A model generated the notes under the pieces. The model was not told the origin of the DNA and did not search any database. It saw only the letters and a list, made by a program, of their open reading frames with translations. A stretch of DNA of 64,000 nt from contig OX597831.1 in the NCBI GenBank assembly GCA_951406725.2, positions 61,504,001-61,568,000 of the forward strand, in the 5' to 3' direction. Shown here piece after piece: positions 1-11,371 of the stretch. Source of the DNA: Octopus vulgaris (taxonomy: Eukaryota). Made by a program: the position numbers and the translations under genes. Position 1 is the stretch's first letter, and each line of letters starts with the position of its first letter.

Positions 1-578
1 AAACTGAAAAGTCCAGGCAAAACAGAAAATTCAACTTACGTGGGTGAACTATTTCGAACCCTACCCCCAGCCGCCCACAAAATTACCAAAAATCAAAATA
101 TACAATAATTCTAACCATTCTGATCGCAATTGCACTTAGCTTACACATAGCAAAAGCAAAACAAAGAAGCAAAAAAAAAAGAAAAAAACTATCATGCAGA
201 GCTGTGAAGGAAAATTGAGTTAACAAATCTTAAATCGAATCTGTACAAAGCAAACATTGTAAATATGTGTAAAAACAAAATTGAAAATATCTGCACTAAC
301 CTATTTTTGGAAATGAAATTTAAAAAATAAAAATGTGATGTCATCAGAACGAATTCTGAGAAACCAAGAATTCCAGACAACCTGTAAAATATTCCATCAT
401 ATTTTTAAAATTCTTATTTCGCTTTTCAGGCATAGCGAGTCAATGACACATTATTAAATTTCAAATGACAGAAAGAGTGTGATTTGTGACATTTCCCTGC
501 TGTTTCCTACAAGTCAAACAACCACACAGAAACAATGCAACTGACTCATAAGCTCCAGTGAAAAAGTAAAAGCGATTC

Positions 579-1179
579 TATCATTTATATTGTATTCCTA
601 ACAAAGCAAATCAATATTATAAAATTTTAAATCTCCATTTATTTATCTCCTGCATTTTACTTGGCTAATAAACAATTCCTACTTCAATTTAATCCGAGCG
701 GATTTAGGTAATTTCTCAACCTGCTAGGAACAGCAGCCAAAACCTTGGTGAATCACACTCTAATGTGAGCATTATATTGATTATAATTATATTGATTAGG
801 AACTCTCAGAAGAGCTAAGCAGCAGAGAGTCTTAAGAGATGAAACCTCCTACGGGTAAGTGTCTTGACTCTTAACTCCTTACATTCTAAAGGAGCTGGGC
901 CGCATCCAGGTCACATAACGTAACTTGACATAAACTGTTTGAAAATGTTCTTTAAGCAAAAAGAAAAAGAAGAAAAAATATGCTGTTAAATCTGTGGTTT
1001 ATCATTCATATCGTATACCTAACAAAACAAATCAGTATTATGAAATTTTAAATCTCTATTTATTTTTCTCCTATATTTTACTTGGCTGATAAACAATTCC
1101 TACTTCAATTTAATCTGTGGGCATTTAGGTGATTTTTCAACCTGCTAGGAATAGCAGCCAAAACCTTGGTGAATCACAC
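579..1179 (+). repeat. Local direct duplication of about 180 bp (579-758 and 1000-1179)
   Basis: Both copies run from TATCATT.ATAT to GCAGCCAAAACCTTGGTGAATCACAC with scattered substitutions. Confidence 0.9.
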
Positions 1180-1181
1180 CT

Positions 1182-1726
1182 GAGGGTGGGGAGAGGACTT
1201 CAGAAAATTCACAAGATCCGAGCTTTTCCCTTGAAACTTTTAGAAAAATGGGTTTTTTCATTGAAATTTTATAGAAATGCTTTTCAAACGGCATACATTA
1301 CGATTACTAAAAAAATTTTTCCAAGGGGGTGGGAAGAGGACTTCGGAAAATTCACAAAATCCGAGTTTTTCCCTCATAACTTTTAGGAAAATGTTTTTTT
1401 TTCAATGAAATTTGATATAAATGCTTTTGAAAGGGCATACATTATTATTATAAAGTAATTTGTAGGGAAAATCTTGAGGTGGGGAGAAGACTTTCGGAAA
1501 ATTCCCAAGATCCAAATCTTTCTTCGTTATATTCCAAAATCACATTCATATTTCTACAGATACCCTAGCATAGTACTACTACACTATGTAGTGTTAATTC
1601 TACCCACGTTCAATAAGCTTTAGTGTTTTGGTTTCAATTTTGTTTCATTTTTAATTATTTTTACGCATTTTTTACCCTTCGTCATTATTCTTATTCACTC
1701 GTTATTATTTCCTCTCTCTCTCTATC

Positions 1727-1766
<40 letters not shown>

Positions 1767-1900
1767 TTATATACATACACATATATATATATACATATAT
1801 ACATACACATATATACATACACATATATATATATACATATATAATACACATATATACATACACATATATATATATACATATATATACACACACACACACG

Positions 1901-1946
<46 letters not shown>

Positions 1947-2195
1947 CAAACACATACACACACACACATATATATACTCAGTTATGAGGGAAAAACTAGG
2001 ATCTTTTGAATTTTCCAAAATCCTCTCCCCACTCTCTTTGGAAAACATTTTCCCCCACAAATTACTTTATAATCGTGATGTATGCCATTTGAATGGCATT
2101 TCTATAATTTTCATTGAAAAACCCCCATTTTCCTAAAAGTTATGAGGGAAAAACTCGGATTTTGAGAATTTTCCGAAGCCCTCTTCCCACCCTTC
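1182..2195. mobile_element. Foldback-like structure: tandem ~145-bp units (1182-1530) with inverted copies (1978-2195) around a microsatellite core
   Basis: Unit GGGTGGG.AGAGGACTTC.GAAAATTCACAA.ATCCGAG..TTTCCC occurs about 2.5x on +; its reverse complement occurs about 1.5x at 1978-2195. Confidence 0.7.
1712..1977. repeat. Compound (CT)n/(TA)n/(CA)n microsatellite
   Basis: Direct reading. Confidence 0.98.
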
Positions 2196-2782
2196 CGTTG
2201 CTTTCTGCGCATTTTTTTTTTCATATTCGTTTTCTACACGTTATTTTACACCCAATCCAGTACTTTTTTTTTTTTTTTTTCATTTCCGAACCGAGATGTA
2301 AACATTAACCAGCTGGATCAGCAAATAATATATTAGCCAGCAAGATGGCAAGCTGGCAGAATCGCTACCGCACTGGGAAAACTGTTTAGCGAAGATTGTA
2401 AAGCGTTGACATTGCCTTTTATCCTTTTGGGATCGATAAAACTGAAGCAGATTAAATTGAAGTAGTTGTTTATTAACCGAGCAAAATGCAGGAGATAAAT
2501 AAATGGAGATTTAAAATTTTATAATATTGATTTGTTTTGTTAGGAATACAATATAAATGATAGCATCACTTTGACATTGCCTTTTATCCTTTTGGGGATC
2601 GATAAAATAAGTACTAGTTGAACACTGGGGTTGATGTAATCAACTTATCTCCTCCCGTGAAACTGCCAGAATTTGAAAATATCGAATTCGCCAGTTGTAG
2701 TAGTCACAGGAGCAGAAAGAATCAAATAGAGTCAGATCAGAAGAGAGTGAACTGGGACGCAAAGAAATAACAGAGACGAGAT

Positions 2783-3200
2783 AAGGCGGCGAGCTGGCAG
2801 AAACGTTAGCACGCCTGGCGAAATGCGTAGCCGTATTTTGTCTGCCGTTACGTTCTGAGTTCAAATTCCGCCGAGATCGACTTTGCCTTTCATCCTTTTG
2901 GGGTCGATAAATTATGTACCAGTTACACACTGGGGTCGATGTAATCGACTTAATCCGTTTGTCTGTCCTTCTTTGTCCCCTCTGTGTTTAGCCCCTTGTG
3001 GGTAGTAAAGAAATAGGTATTTCGTCTGTCGCTACGTTCTGAGTTCAAATTCCACCGAGGTCGACTTTGCCTTTCATCCTTTCGGGGTCGATAAATTAAG
3101 TACCATTTACGCACTGGGTTCGATATAATCGACTTAATCCGTTTGTCTGTCCTTGTTTGTCCCCTCTGTGTTTAGCCTCTTGTGAGTAATATAGAAATAA
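2783..3200 (+). mobile_element. Octopus tRNA-headed SINE, family A, with two body units
   Basis: Head AAGGCGGCGAGCTGGCAGAAACGTTAG, B-box GAGTTCAAATTCC, body GCCTTTCATCCTTTCGGGGTCGATAAA; body repeated from about 3016; imperfect TSD AGAAATAACAGA(G/A)A(C/T)GAGATA. Decayed relatives at 2340-2440 and 2570-2700. Confidence 0.9.
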
Positions 3201-3853
3201 CAGAAATGAGATAATTGAAGTCATCGATCAAATATTTTCGCCGTTATTATGACAACTTTCCTTGCTTACCTTCAATAACGACACAGTTTCTGCCCAGTCT
3301 TGTCAATGAAATCAATTCCACAAGGATAACTTTTTATCAGCAATACAAGAATAACTAAACGCTCATAACAATAGATTACCAGAAATGCAGCCTATTTCTT
3401 ATTATAAATTGATACACCTTCTTGCCATCAACTTACATAAAAAGAAAAAGAAAATGCAAGCAAACCGGCAAAGAATGCTATCTATGGACAATATCAAGAA
3501 CTGGTTGGACAAGAGTGGCAAGGCATCTGGAGAACTTGAGCCTAATTGGGAAAATCTTCACTGTGGTGTCATCAATGTGCTGTAGGCATACTATAAATGA
3601 CGCTGACACCTATAGCCTCGTGCCAACCAAAGTTTACTGTGTAGATCTGGTAGACGGAAGCTGAAAGACAGTCACATTTGTGTTTTATAGGTTAAGCAAA
3701 TTTAAAATTTAAAATACAAATTGACAAAACAACAAAAGTTCAAAGGACATACACATGGTAGTTAATAGCTTGACGCTTCGTATAAGATCGGGGAAAAAAA
3801 ATAATATGTAATATGTGTATCTGTGCAACAGAGAGGAAAATTAAAACTGCATA

Positions 3854-4221
3854 TGTTGTGAACTTAGAATATGTATTTATTAATAAAAGATTAATAACGA
3901 TAATCTTTTATTCATACGAACGTAACTGATATGACATATTTGTCATAAATAACAGGGACAATTTCAAATGACACCGCAAATTATTGTTGTTGACAACAAT
4001 CCGGAGATATTGAATTCACCTCAATAGACGTCATTGATTGGTTGAAATTTCCGAAATGCAAGATATTAAAGAACAAATAGCTTACAAACTACAGAATTTT
4101 CTCAATAAAGCCAAGAGAAAAAGATGTTTTATAAACACATTCTACCAGTATACGAAGTTTAAAAGTGTTTAGTTACCTAGAAATTATTTTTATAAATCTG
4201 CCGGTCAAAACGAAAAGATCC
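3854..4221. mobile_element. One-ended copy of the GGATC-TIR MITE (long-arm subfamily), inverted relative to 4821-5172
   Basis: Ends in TIR CTGCCGGTCAAAACGAAAAGATCC; internal sequence is the reverse complement of 4821-5172. Confidence 0.8.
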
Positions 4222-4820
4222 AAAATTACCTCACTTACTACCTTTTTATGTATTTCTTCATAGATTGTGACTTCCCGACATTCTAAAAGTTGGGGAACTA
4301 CTGCGGAAAAAATTCCATGATGTAAAATCTGTGACGTATCTGAAATCGTATTTAAGTTTTGCAAATTTGTGTTTGCTTCGTGAGGAAGAGGATTAAAATG
4401 AAAAAAAAAACTTAGCTATGAAACCATTATATTGGATGTGATGCGACAGCAAAGAACTATTAAGACACGCCTACATTATAAATGACACACAAAAACAAAT
4501 ATTAAGGCACGCCTATATTGTCAATTTACAGACTATTCAGAAACAACTTTATCACGTTTCAAGGTGACAGTTCGATCAAGAAAGACACGCCTTTGTTTAG
4601 CCTCACATTCCCTGCTGCTAGAAAACCGGATAAACAAATAGTGTTATATCAACCAAATTGCAAAATCTATTGACCAGTCAAAGCAGTTCAAACAAATTCG
4701 GATCAAAACAAAAAGAAATAGGACACAGATACAAAATAGAGAGATAAAATAATTCACTTCTTCACGACGAATACCAAAACGGTTTTCAGCGAGTCGTTCA
4801 CTACTATTCACACAGAAGAA

Positions 4821-5290
4821 GGATCTTTTCGCTTTGACTGGTAGATTTTTAAAATAATTTCTAGGTAACTAAAAAATTTTAAACTTCGTATACTGGTAGA
4901 ATGTGTTTATAAAACATCTTTTTCTCTTGGCTTTCTTGAGAAAATTCAGTAGTTTGTAAGATATTTGATGTTTATTTTCTTGCATTTCGGCAATTTCAAC
5001 CAATCAATGACGTCTATTGAGGTGAAAACGATTTCTGCCGTATTTTTCTGGCGGTGTCATATGAAAATGTCCCCGTTATTTATGACATATTTCATATCAG
5101 TTACGTTCGTATGAATAAAAGATTATCGCTATTAAACTTTTATTAATAAACACAAATTCTAAGTTCACAACAGAATTTTCTCAAGAAAGCCATGAGAAAA
5201 AGATGTTTTATAAACACATTCTACCAGTCTACGAAGTTTAAAATTTTTCAGTTACAAAGTAAAAATCTGCCGGTCAAAGCGAAAAGATCC
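4821..5290. mobile_element. Merlin-like MITE, long-TIR subfamily
   Basis: Termini GGATCTTTTCGCTTTGAC...GTCAAAGCGAAAAGATCC; ~120-bp inverted arms; 8-bp TSD CAGAAGAA/CAGAAAAA. Confidence 0.85.
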
Positions 5291-5305
5291 CAGAAAAATT
5301 CTTAC

Positions 5306-5474
5306 CTGTACTCCTTACTCCTAAAGATTTTGCCTGAGTTCCCCATTTATCAGAGCAGAGAATGGGTTTTATTAGCTCTCCTGTGCCATAACCAAACGTT
5401 GCGCCAAGAAGAAGAAGAGACAAGGGTAACAAATCCATTATTAGTAGCCCCACTGCGTTGGAAGCTCTCCAGCC
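5306..5474 (-). CDS. Candidate first coding exon of an unknown secreted or membrane protein (ATG at 5438; MDLLPLSLLLLGATFGYGTGELIKPILCSDKWGTQAKSLGVRST)
   Basis: Minus strand: acceptor ttttacag, 169-nt open exon, ataATGG Kozak-like start, hydrophobic signal-peptide-like N-terminus, donor AG|GTAAG (phase 1). No downstream in-frame exon found in 1-5300. Confidence 0.45.
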
Positions 5475-5489
5475 CTGTAAAAGTATATA

Positions 5490-6300
5490 TCTTTTAGGGA
5501 GAGTTTACGAAAAACACAAAAGACGAAGACAGGTGGTGTATAAAACAGCACTTTAAGGAACATGAGCTTCTTTCCCAGACGGGTAGTGCTGGCAGCGAGG
5601 GCTCCACCTCATCATTCAATAGGGAGTTGGTAGAGACCAAGTGTGACGACGCGCTGAGGAGAAACCCTGGGCTTCGACGATGGTCAACTTGCTGGACTGT
5701 TCCGAAGAACATTTGGGACAGGGTCTATGGATAGCTTCTAAAAGTAACTGGTTTAGCTGTGTTACCGAGGAGCCATACAAGTTCGAGATAAACTTGCCTG
5801 GCATGAGTTTTCATGCACGCCCCCTTGCCCAAGATGCTCACAGAGCAGTGAAACTGTTCTGCATGCAATTGTACAGTGTCCGGAACTTTCGGAATTGTGA
5901 GTATATGTTGAACAGCGTTTTGGAAGAGAACAACTGTCTTCCGAGTCTATAATAAAGATTTTTCGACCGCCCGCTCTGAATAGAGAAGGGAAGGTTTGTT
6001 TTCTCTCTCTGTAGTGGCTGTGAAAAAAGGGTAGTGTGCAGGACACACATGAAAGGTTTAGTGACAGGCGTCCTCATCTCCAGCTTCGGTTCAGTAAACT
6101 TTTTTTATTTTCCATCTTAAAACGAAAATAAGGCTGGAGAGGAGACGCTTGCTACTCAGTACATATGAGAAAAGATGGAAGAAAGTAGCAAGCATGTTGT
6201 GAATGGATGTGCTTGCTTAAGGGAGAAGATAAAAGTCTCATAAAGGGATCAGGGGTGGGATGTGGTTTGTGGGGTCGCACCCGTCCCTCAGTCCCTCATC
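5490..6300. promoter_or_regulatory. CpG-retaining, largely non-repetitive segment; possible promoter or 5'UTR exon(s) of the minus-strand gene
   Basis: Higher GC and CpG than its surroundings; candidate minus-strand donor CG|GTAAC at 5761-5767 and acceptor ttttttcacag near 6018; lies directly upstream of the candidate exon. Confidence 0.3.
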
Positions 6301-6367
6301 ATCCAATTTTATATATTATCACTAATTTTTAATCTTGTCATTTCATTCGATCCCCACTACTCCTTTG

Positions 6368-6542
6368 GGATCTTTTCGGTTTGACCGGCAGATTTTTAAA
6401 ATAATTTCTTTGTAACTAAACACTTTTAAACTTCGTATACTGGTAGAATGTGTTGATAAAACATCTTTTTCTCTTGGCTTTCTTGAGAAAATTCTGTAGT
6501 TTGTAAGATATTTGTTGTTTTTAATTTCTTAATTTTAGATCC
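6368..6542. mobile_element. Internally deleted Merlin-like MITE
   Basis: Left TIR intact, right TIR reduced to AGATCC; perfect 8-bp TSD CTCCTTTG (6360-6367 and 6543-6550). Confidence 0.85.
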
Positions 6543-6987
6543 CTCCTTTGTCCTTTCTTTGTCTCTAACTTTATGGTAAATAAAAAATCAGATATTAATC
6601 TCAGTAGCCCTAAAGATTTAAAATCTGACAGGAGATGAAGTTGGTGGATAGCTTGATGTCAGTTTTCTGCATCTGAAAGAAAGACAAATTGTGGAATTGT
6701 TTAACGGCACTCAGTAGGTTCTTACACACGGCCCAATGTTTCTACGACTACTATTACTACTAAAGACCTGTTTTGGTGAAAATACTGCTAGCCAGTCATG
6801 CCAAGTTGAACAAGAGAGGCTACATATGTTCGCATATAGGAAGGGAGGCACAATGAGTAATATTTACTGCATTTTTTACTTTAAAGTAAAAGATATCTTT
6901 TTACAAATGTTCACTCCTTTACAAAACCGCTAAGCTGTTGACCTACACTTTTCCCGTTAGAATCAAACATCTTCATTCAGATGTTCG

Positions 6988-7433
6988 GGATATTTTCGGT
7001 TTGAACGGCAGTTTTTTCTAGCGGTGTCATATGAAATTGTCACCCATAATTATGACCTTAGTATCGATCTATTGCATTTCAATCTATTTTAGGTTTAGGG
7101 TTAGAGTTAGGTTTAGTTAGGGTTAGGGTTAGGGGTGGGGGAAGGGTATCTGTTTTTCTTCAGAAATGTAAATAAACCCAAACTGTTTCTTAAACGAGGG
7201 ACATATTCATATGGCACATAGTGTTATTTACCTCAATGGACGTCATTGATTGGTTGAAATTGCAGAAATTGAAGAAAAAAACCAACAAATATCTTACAAA
7301 CTATAGAATTTTCTCAAATAAAGCCAAGAGAAAAAGATGTTTTATAAACACATTCTACCAGTATACGAAGTTTAAAAGTGTATAGCTACGTGGAAATTAT
7401 TTTTAAAAACTGCCGTTCAAACCGAAAAGATCC
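6988..7433 (+). mobile_element. Merlin-like MITE containing a TTAGGG tract
   Basis: TIR GGAT.TTTTCGGTTTGAACGGCAGTTTT; internal TTAGGGTTAGGGTTAGGGGTGGGG; no TSD recognisable for this copy. Confidence 0.85.
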
Positions 7434-7603
7434 CTTTAGTTTGTGGTATGAGTATTGCTCCCATAAATAAGCGTGTGTTCTTGAGAACAACTGTTTTCTG
7501 TGTAGTTGGATTTTCTATGTGTGTTATACTTGATTCTTATTGTAAATTGTGGGGTGAGCCTAGAGTCAAGCGTTGCACTTATATGGTCAATATAACAGAA
7601 AAT

Positions 7604-7822
7604 AGGGCAGCGAGCTGACAGAAGGAGAACATGCCGGGCAAAATACTTATCGGCATTTCGTCCGTCTTTACGTTCTGAGTTCTAATTCCGCCAAGATCAT
7701 CTTAATCTTTCATCGTTTTGGTGTCAATAAAACAAGTACCAGGTGAATACTGGGGTCGATGTAATTGACTTACCCCCATCCCCCGAATTTACTGGCCTTG
7801 TGCCAAAATTTGAAACCAATAT
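7604..7822 (+). mobile_element. Older family-A SINE
   Basis: Head GGCAGCGAGCTGACAGAA, B-box, decayed body. Confidence 0.8.
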
Positions 7823-7871
7823 AACAATTAAAATCCAATGAATTTATAACTTTCACTTTTACTGTCTAATC

Positions 7872-8050
7872 CAGTGGTTCCCAAAATATGGGTCGCGAAC
7901 GGAATCTTAGTGGGTCGCAAAAAGTCATAAAATTACGCATTAGCTTTGATTAATTGCTGTCTATCGAGATACTCAGTAGGGTTAAGTGGGTCGTCATAAA
8001 TTGGTGTGATAAATAGTGGATCGCGACTCTAAAAAGTTTGTGAACCACTG
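7872..8050. mobile_element. hAT (Charlie/Buster-type) MITE
   Basis: TIRs CAGTGGTTC...GAACCACTG; perfect 8-bp TSD GTCTAATC. Confidence 0.92.
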
Positions 8051-8801
8051 GTCTAATCTATGAATTACATTGGTCGATCGAAGCATCTTGAGTTTATAGC
8101 CCCGAGGTTTGTTGCTGGATTTTAATATTTGAATATTATTATTGGTCTTTTTAGTGTTTGTTTATTGTTTGGTTGATGCAGTGTTTCGTTCAACGAGAAT
8201 TTTGATTATACGTCGGACTCTTTCACATCTGGAATGCATCTGATTCAAATAATTGGATGTGATTCGTGAAATTTTAGTAGGGTTAATACGTAATGTATTG
8301 TTTGCAGCGCTGTGTTTTATATTTGTTAGTCTACAAGTTTGTTTAGATATCCATTGTTGATTTGTGTTTGCTTTTATTCTGCGGATTTCCTTATTTAGAG
8401 CTTCATTTGTCAAAGAGAATCTTACAGCATCCTTACCACTGACATGTTGTAACTATGTGAGTATTCGCTGTCTCTATGTTGAAGTATGTATTTGTTTGTC
8501 TTTCGTGTGCACTGACGTAATGTATCTATTGTTTTTAATCTGAATATTTGTCTAGAATTGAAATACTATTATTATTTTGATTGCAGATATTTTTGTATTG
8601 AATTGTTCTCTAGGTCTTCTTTTAATTTCTCAATCTTTTTCGAGGTGTCTGTGACAACTAGCTTAACGGCTATATATTTAGTGTATATCGAATGTTTGTG
8701 TTTAGGCGTAATTTTGTTTTCTACTGGAGCTCAATAAAATGTTGAAAACACAAATCCTAGAACAGAACACATAACTACTTCATCTTTTTTACGAAGTCTA
8801 C

Positions 8802-9220
8802 GGATCTTTTCGGTTTGAACGGCAGTTTTTTCTAGTGGTGTCATATGAAATTGTCACCCATAATTATGACCCTAGTATCGATCTATTGCATTCCAATCTG
8901 TTTTAGGGTTAGGGTTAGAAGTGGGGGGAAGGGTATCATTTTTTTCTTCACAAATGAAAATAAACCCAATCTGTTTCTGAAACGAGGAACATATTCAGAC
9001 GGCACAGAATGTTTTTTACCTCAATAGACGTCAGTGATTGGTTGAAATTGCAGAAATTGAAGAAAAAAAAACAACAAACATCTTATAAACTATAGAATTT
9101 TCTCAATAAAGCCAAGAGAAAAAGATGTTTTATAAACACATTCAACCAGTATACAAAGTTTAAAATTTTTTAGTTACCTAGAAATTATGTTAAAAACTGC
9201 CCTTCAGACCGAAAAGATCC
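8802..9220 (+). mobile_element. Merlin-like MITE with TTAGGG tract
   Basis: GGATC...GATCC TIRs; TSD AAGTCTAC/TAGTCTGC (6/8). Confidence 0.88.
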
Positions 9221-9869
9221 TAGTCTGCTTGTCGGGAACATAAAGTTACTTTGCTTGTTAAGGTAGTCAGTTTTTCAAGATATTTGCTACTTTCAGGAGT
9301 GGCTTTACTTTAGGTGTCTATCTATGGACATTCTCAAATTTCGATTGCTTTTACTACTGGAACATAAGTAGAAAGACTACAACTACGTACGTATTGAGAA
9401 TTTATGAGTAAGTGTATTTATTTGAGAGGAGCCGTTTCTCCAATGTAATGGAATCATAGCCGTGCATTTTTGCTATAATTATTTCATTTTGTATAATTTT
9501 GAATTGGTTCGTGTTTTTGGAGTTTTATATATAAACATCCTTTACTGTGGTATGTTCGTTTTGTATCCATGGTTACAAACATGTTTTAGTCACTCTGACA
9601 TGTTTTTATGTAAGACTATAATATGTATTTTGTTGATTGTTTGCTTCGTCATTTATGAGAAAGTGACTAACATTTATTAACCAATATATACGTAGCTCAT
9701 TGATAATACACATACAGACATCACATGCTAACACATTAGATACAGTAATATAAACTCGATAAAACAAAAAATATTTTTACCCAAACAAGAAAATAAATTT
9801 ATCAGCTTATCACAACATACATTCAACATAGATCAAATCACGCTCTTTTGGTTATGGTATTAACTTCAA

Positions 9870-10430
9870 ACTGCATCCGAAATATGGTACAAAAAAAGAA
9901 AGAAAGAGAAAAAGAAAGGTTGAAATTAACTACTATACAAAAGCATAGAAAATCTAAGTGACAAAAGATGGTAAACATTGGTGGTAAACTCCAGGACTTA
10001 CTTCATGGTGAATGCAATAAAAATAGATACCCACTAAAGTATAAAAAAAATACTCAACAAGAGATTCAAACAAGTCCTACATGATTTAAAAGATAACAAC
10101 CGCATAAAACATGCAAGTGGGACAAAAAGCAATATGTTTGTAATAGTGGAAAGAGATAAATATATTGTGAAAATCAATAAGTTATCTAAGGACAAAAACA
10201 AGTTTCCAAAGATCTAAAAAGATAACACCAACCAATCAAAAGTCAAACTAAATAAAATGATTTTAGCAGTATAAGTAGATAACAAAGATTTCCTTATTTA
10301 ACCTCATATCGAAAGAAAATTCCCTGCAACACATATGGTACCGTTAAATTTGACAAACAAAACAACCACCCCCTCCAATCCATATTTCAAATAAATATAC
10401 CTACGTTCGACAAATCATGAAACAAAAAAG
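9870..10430 (+). mobile_element. Decayed Penelope-like RT N-terminal fragment
   Basis: Translates with stops to LKDNNRIKHASGTKSNMFVIVERDKYIVKINKLSKDKNKF...YGTVKFDKQNNHPL, resembling the PLE ADKG..YGLPKIHK..PLRPI region. Confidence 0.55.
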
Positions 10431-10435
10431 ATAAC

Positions 10436-10842
10436 AGGTGCAGTAGTGGCTGTGTGGTAAGTAGCTTGCTAACCAACCACATGGTTCCGGGTTCAGTCCC
10501 ACTGCGTGGCATCTTGGGCAAGTGTCTTCTGCTGTAGCCTCGGGCCGACCAATGCCTTGTGAGTGGATTTGGTAGACGGAAACTGAAAGAAGCCTGTCGT
10601 ATATATGTATGTATATATATAAGTGTGTGTGTATATGTTTGTGTGTCTGTGTTTGTCCCCCTAGCATTGCTTGACAACCGATGCTGGTGTGTTTACGTCC
10701 CCGTCACTTAGCGGTTCGGCAAAAGAGACCAATAGAATAAGTACTGGGCTTACAAAGTCCCGGGGTCGATTTGCTCGACTAATGGCGGTGCTCCAGCATG
10801 GCTGCAATCAAATGACTGAAACAAGTAAAAGAGTAAAGAGTA
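10436..10842 (+). mobile_element. Octopus SINE family B (tRNA head, CORE-like segment, internal TA/TG microsatellite)
   Basis: Head GTGGCTGTGTGGTAAG...GGTTCAGTCCC; CORE-like GGCA.CTTGGGCAAGTGTCTT; tail TGACTGAAACAAGTAAAAGAGT. Confidence 0.9.
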
Positions 10843-10956
10843 TTGGCATGTATCACAAATGCAGTGTTGGGTCATCAGACAAACTTAGGAAATTTGTTAT
10901 TTCAAATAATCTGCATAGGTCTTATATGGAAGCAGGTAATATATATATTACCTACA

Positions 10957-11321
10957 TCTCTCTATATATATAAACGGCAAAATGTCTGCGTGTGTGTCCT
11001 TTGTACAAATTCACAATATTTCAGTTAGAGGGCTCGCACTTTCTATGGTCATTCAAAACCATCCAAGGGTGGTCGTGCACATCTTTACATTTCCCCAGTA
11101 ACCCCACAAAGCCATTAAAAAATCAATAGAAGTGACATTTTTGTGAATTTTCTATCCCAAACCCAATCAAAATGCCCGAAACTTGATACGCCAATTGAAT
11201 GCTAGCTAGCTGTATGTGATTGGTCAGAGATTTGGACAGTACTCGCGTGTATGTGTGCACGCACACCCCTGTATATGCATGCACTAGCACTATGACTTGG
11301 CAACACCAGGTCATAGTGCTA

Positions 11322-11322
<1 letters not shown>
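10957..11322 (+). mobile_element. Non-autonomous Helitron
   Basis: 5' TC(TCTCTATATATA), 3' hairpin CACTATGACTTGG/CCAGGTCATAGTG then CTAG; inserted between A and T; no TSD. Confidence 0.85.

Positions 11323-11371
<49 letters not shown>

Larger units (their letters stand above)
7435..9700 (-). mobile_element. Decayed Penelope-like element (RT plus GIY-YIG remnants) interrupted by a SINE and two MITEs
   Basis: Minus-strand remnants: CYIDHISATLDSRLT (GIY-YIG-like, ~7540-7600), LNKEIRRIK..INNGYLNKLVD (~8330-8400, frameshifted), TSVHTK (~8500-8520); many stops. Confidence 0.55.

Noticed and set aside
3270-3355. Possible next minus-strand exon (GTAAG donor at 3265-3269)
   Set aside because: Stop codons in all three frames; the acceptor near 382 also gives an in-frame stop
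5680-5952. 90-aa plus-strand ORF and overlapping minus-strand ORFs
   Set aside because: No recognisable homology; several frames are open in this GC-richer stretch, which fits UTR or promoter DNA better
7088-7146. TTAGGG repeats as evidence of a telomere or chromosome-fusion site
   Set aside because: Short and embedded at the same position in four copies of one MITE
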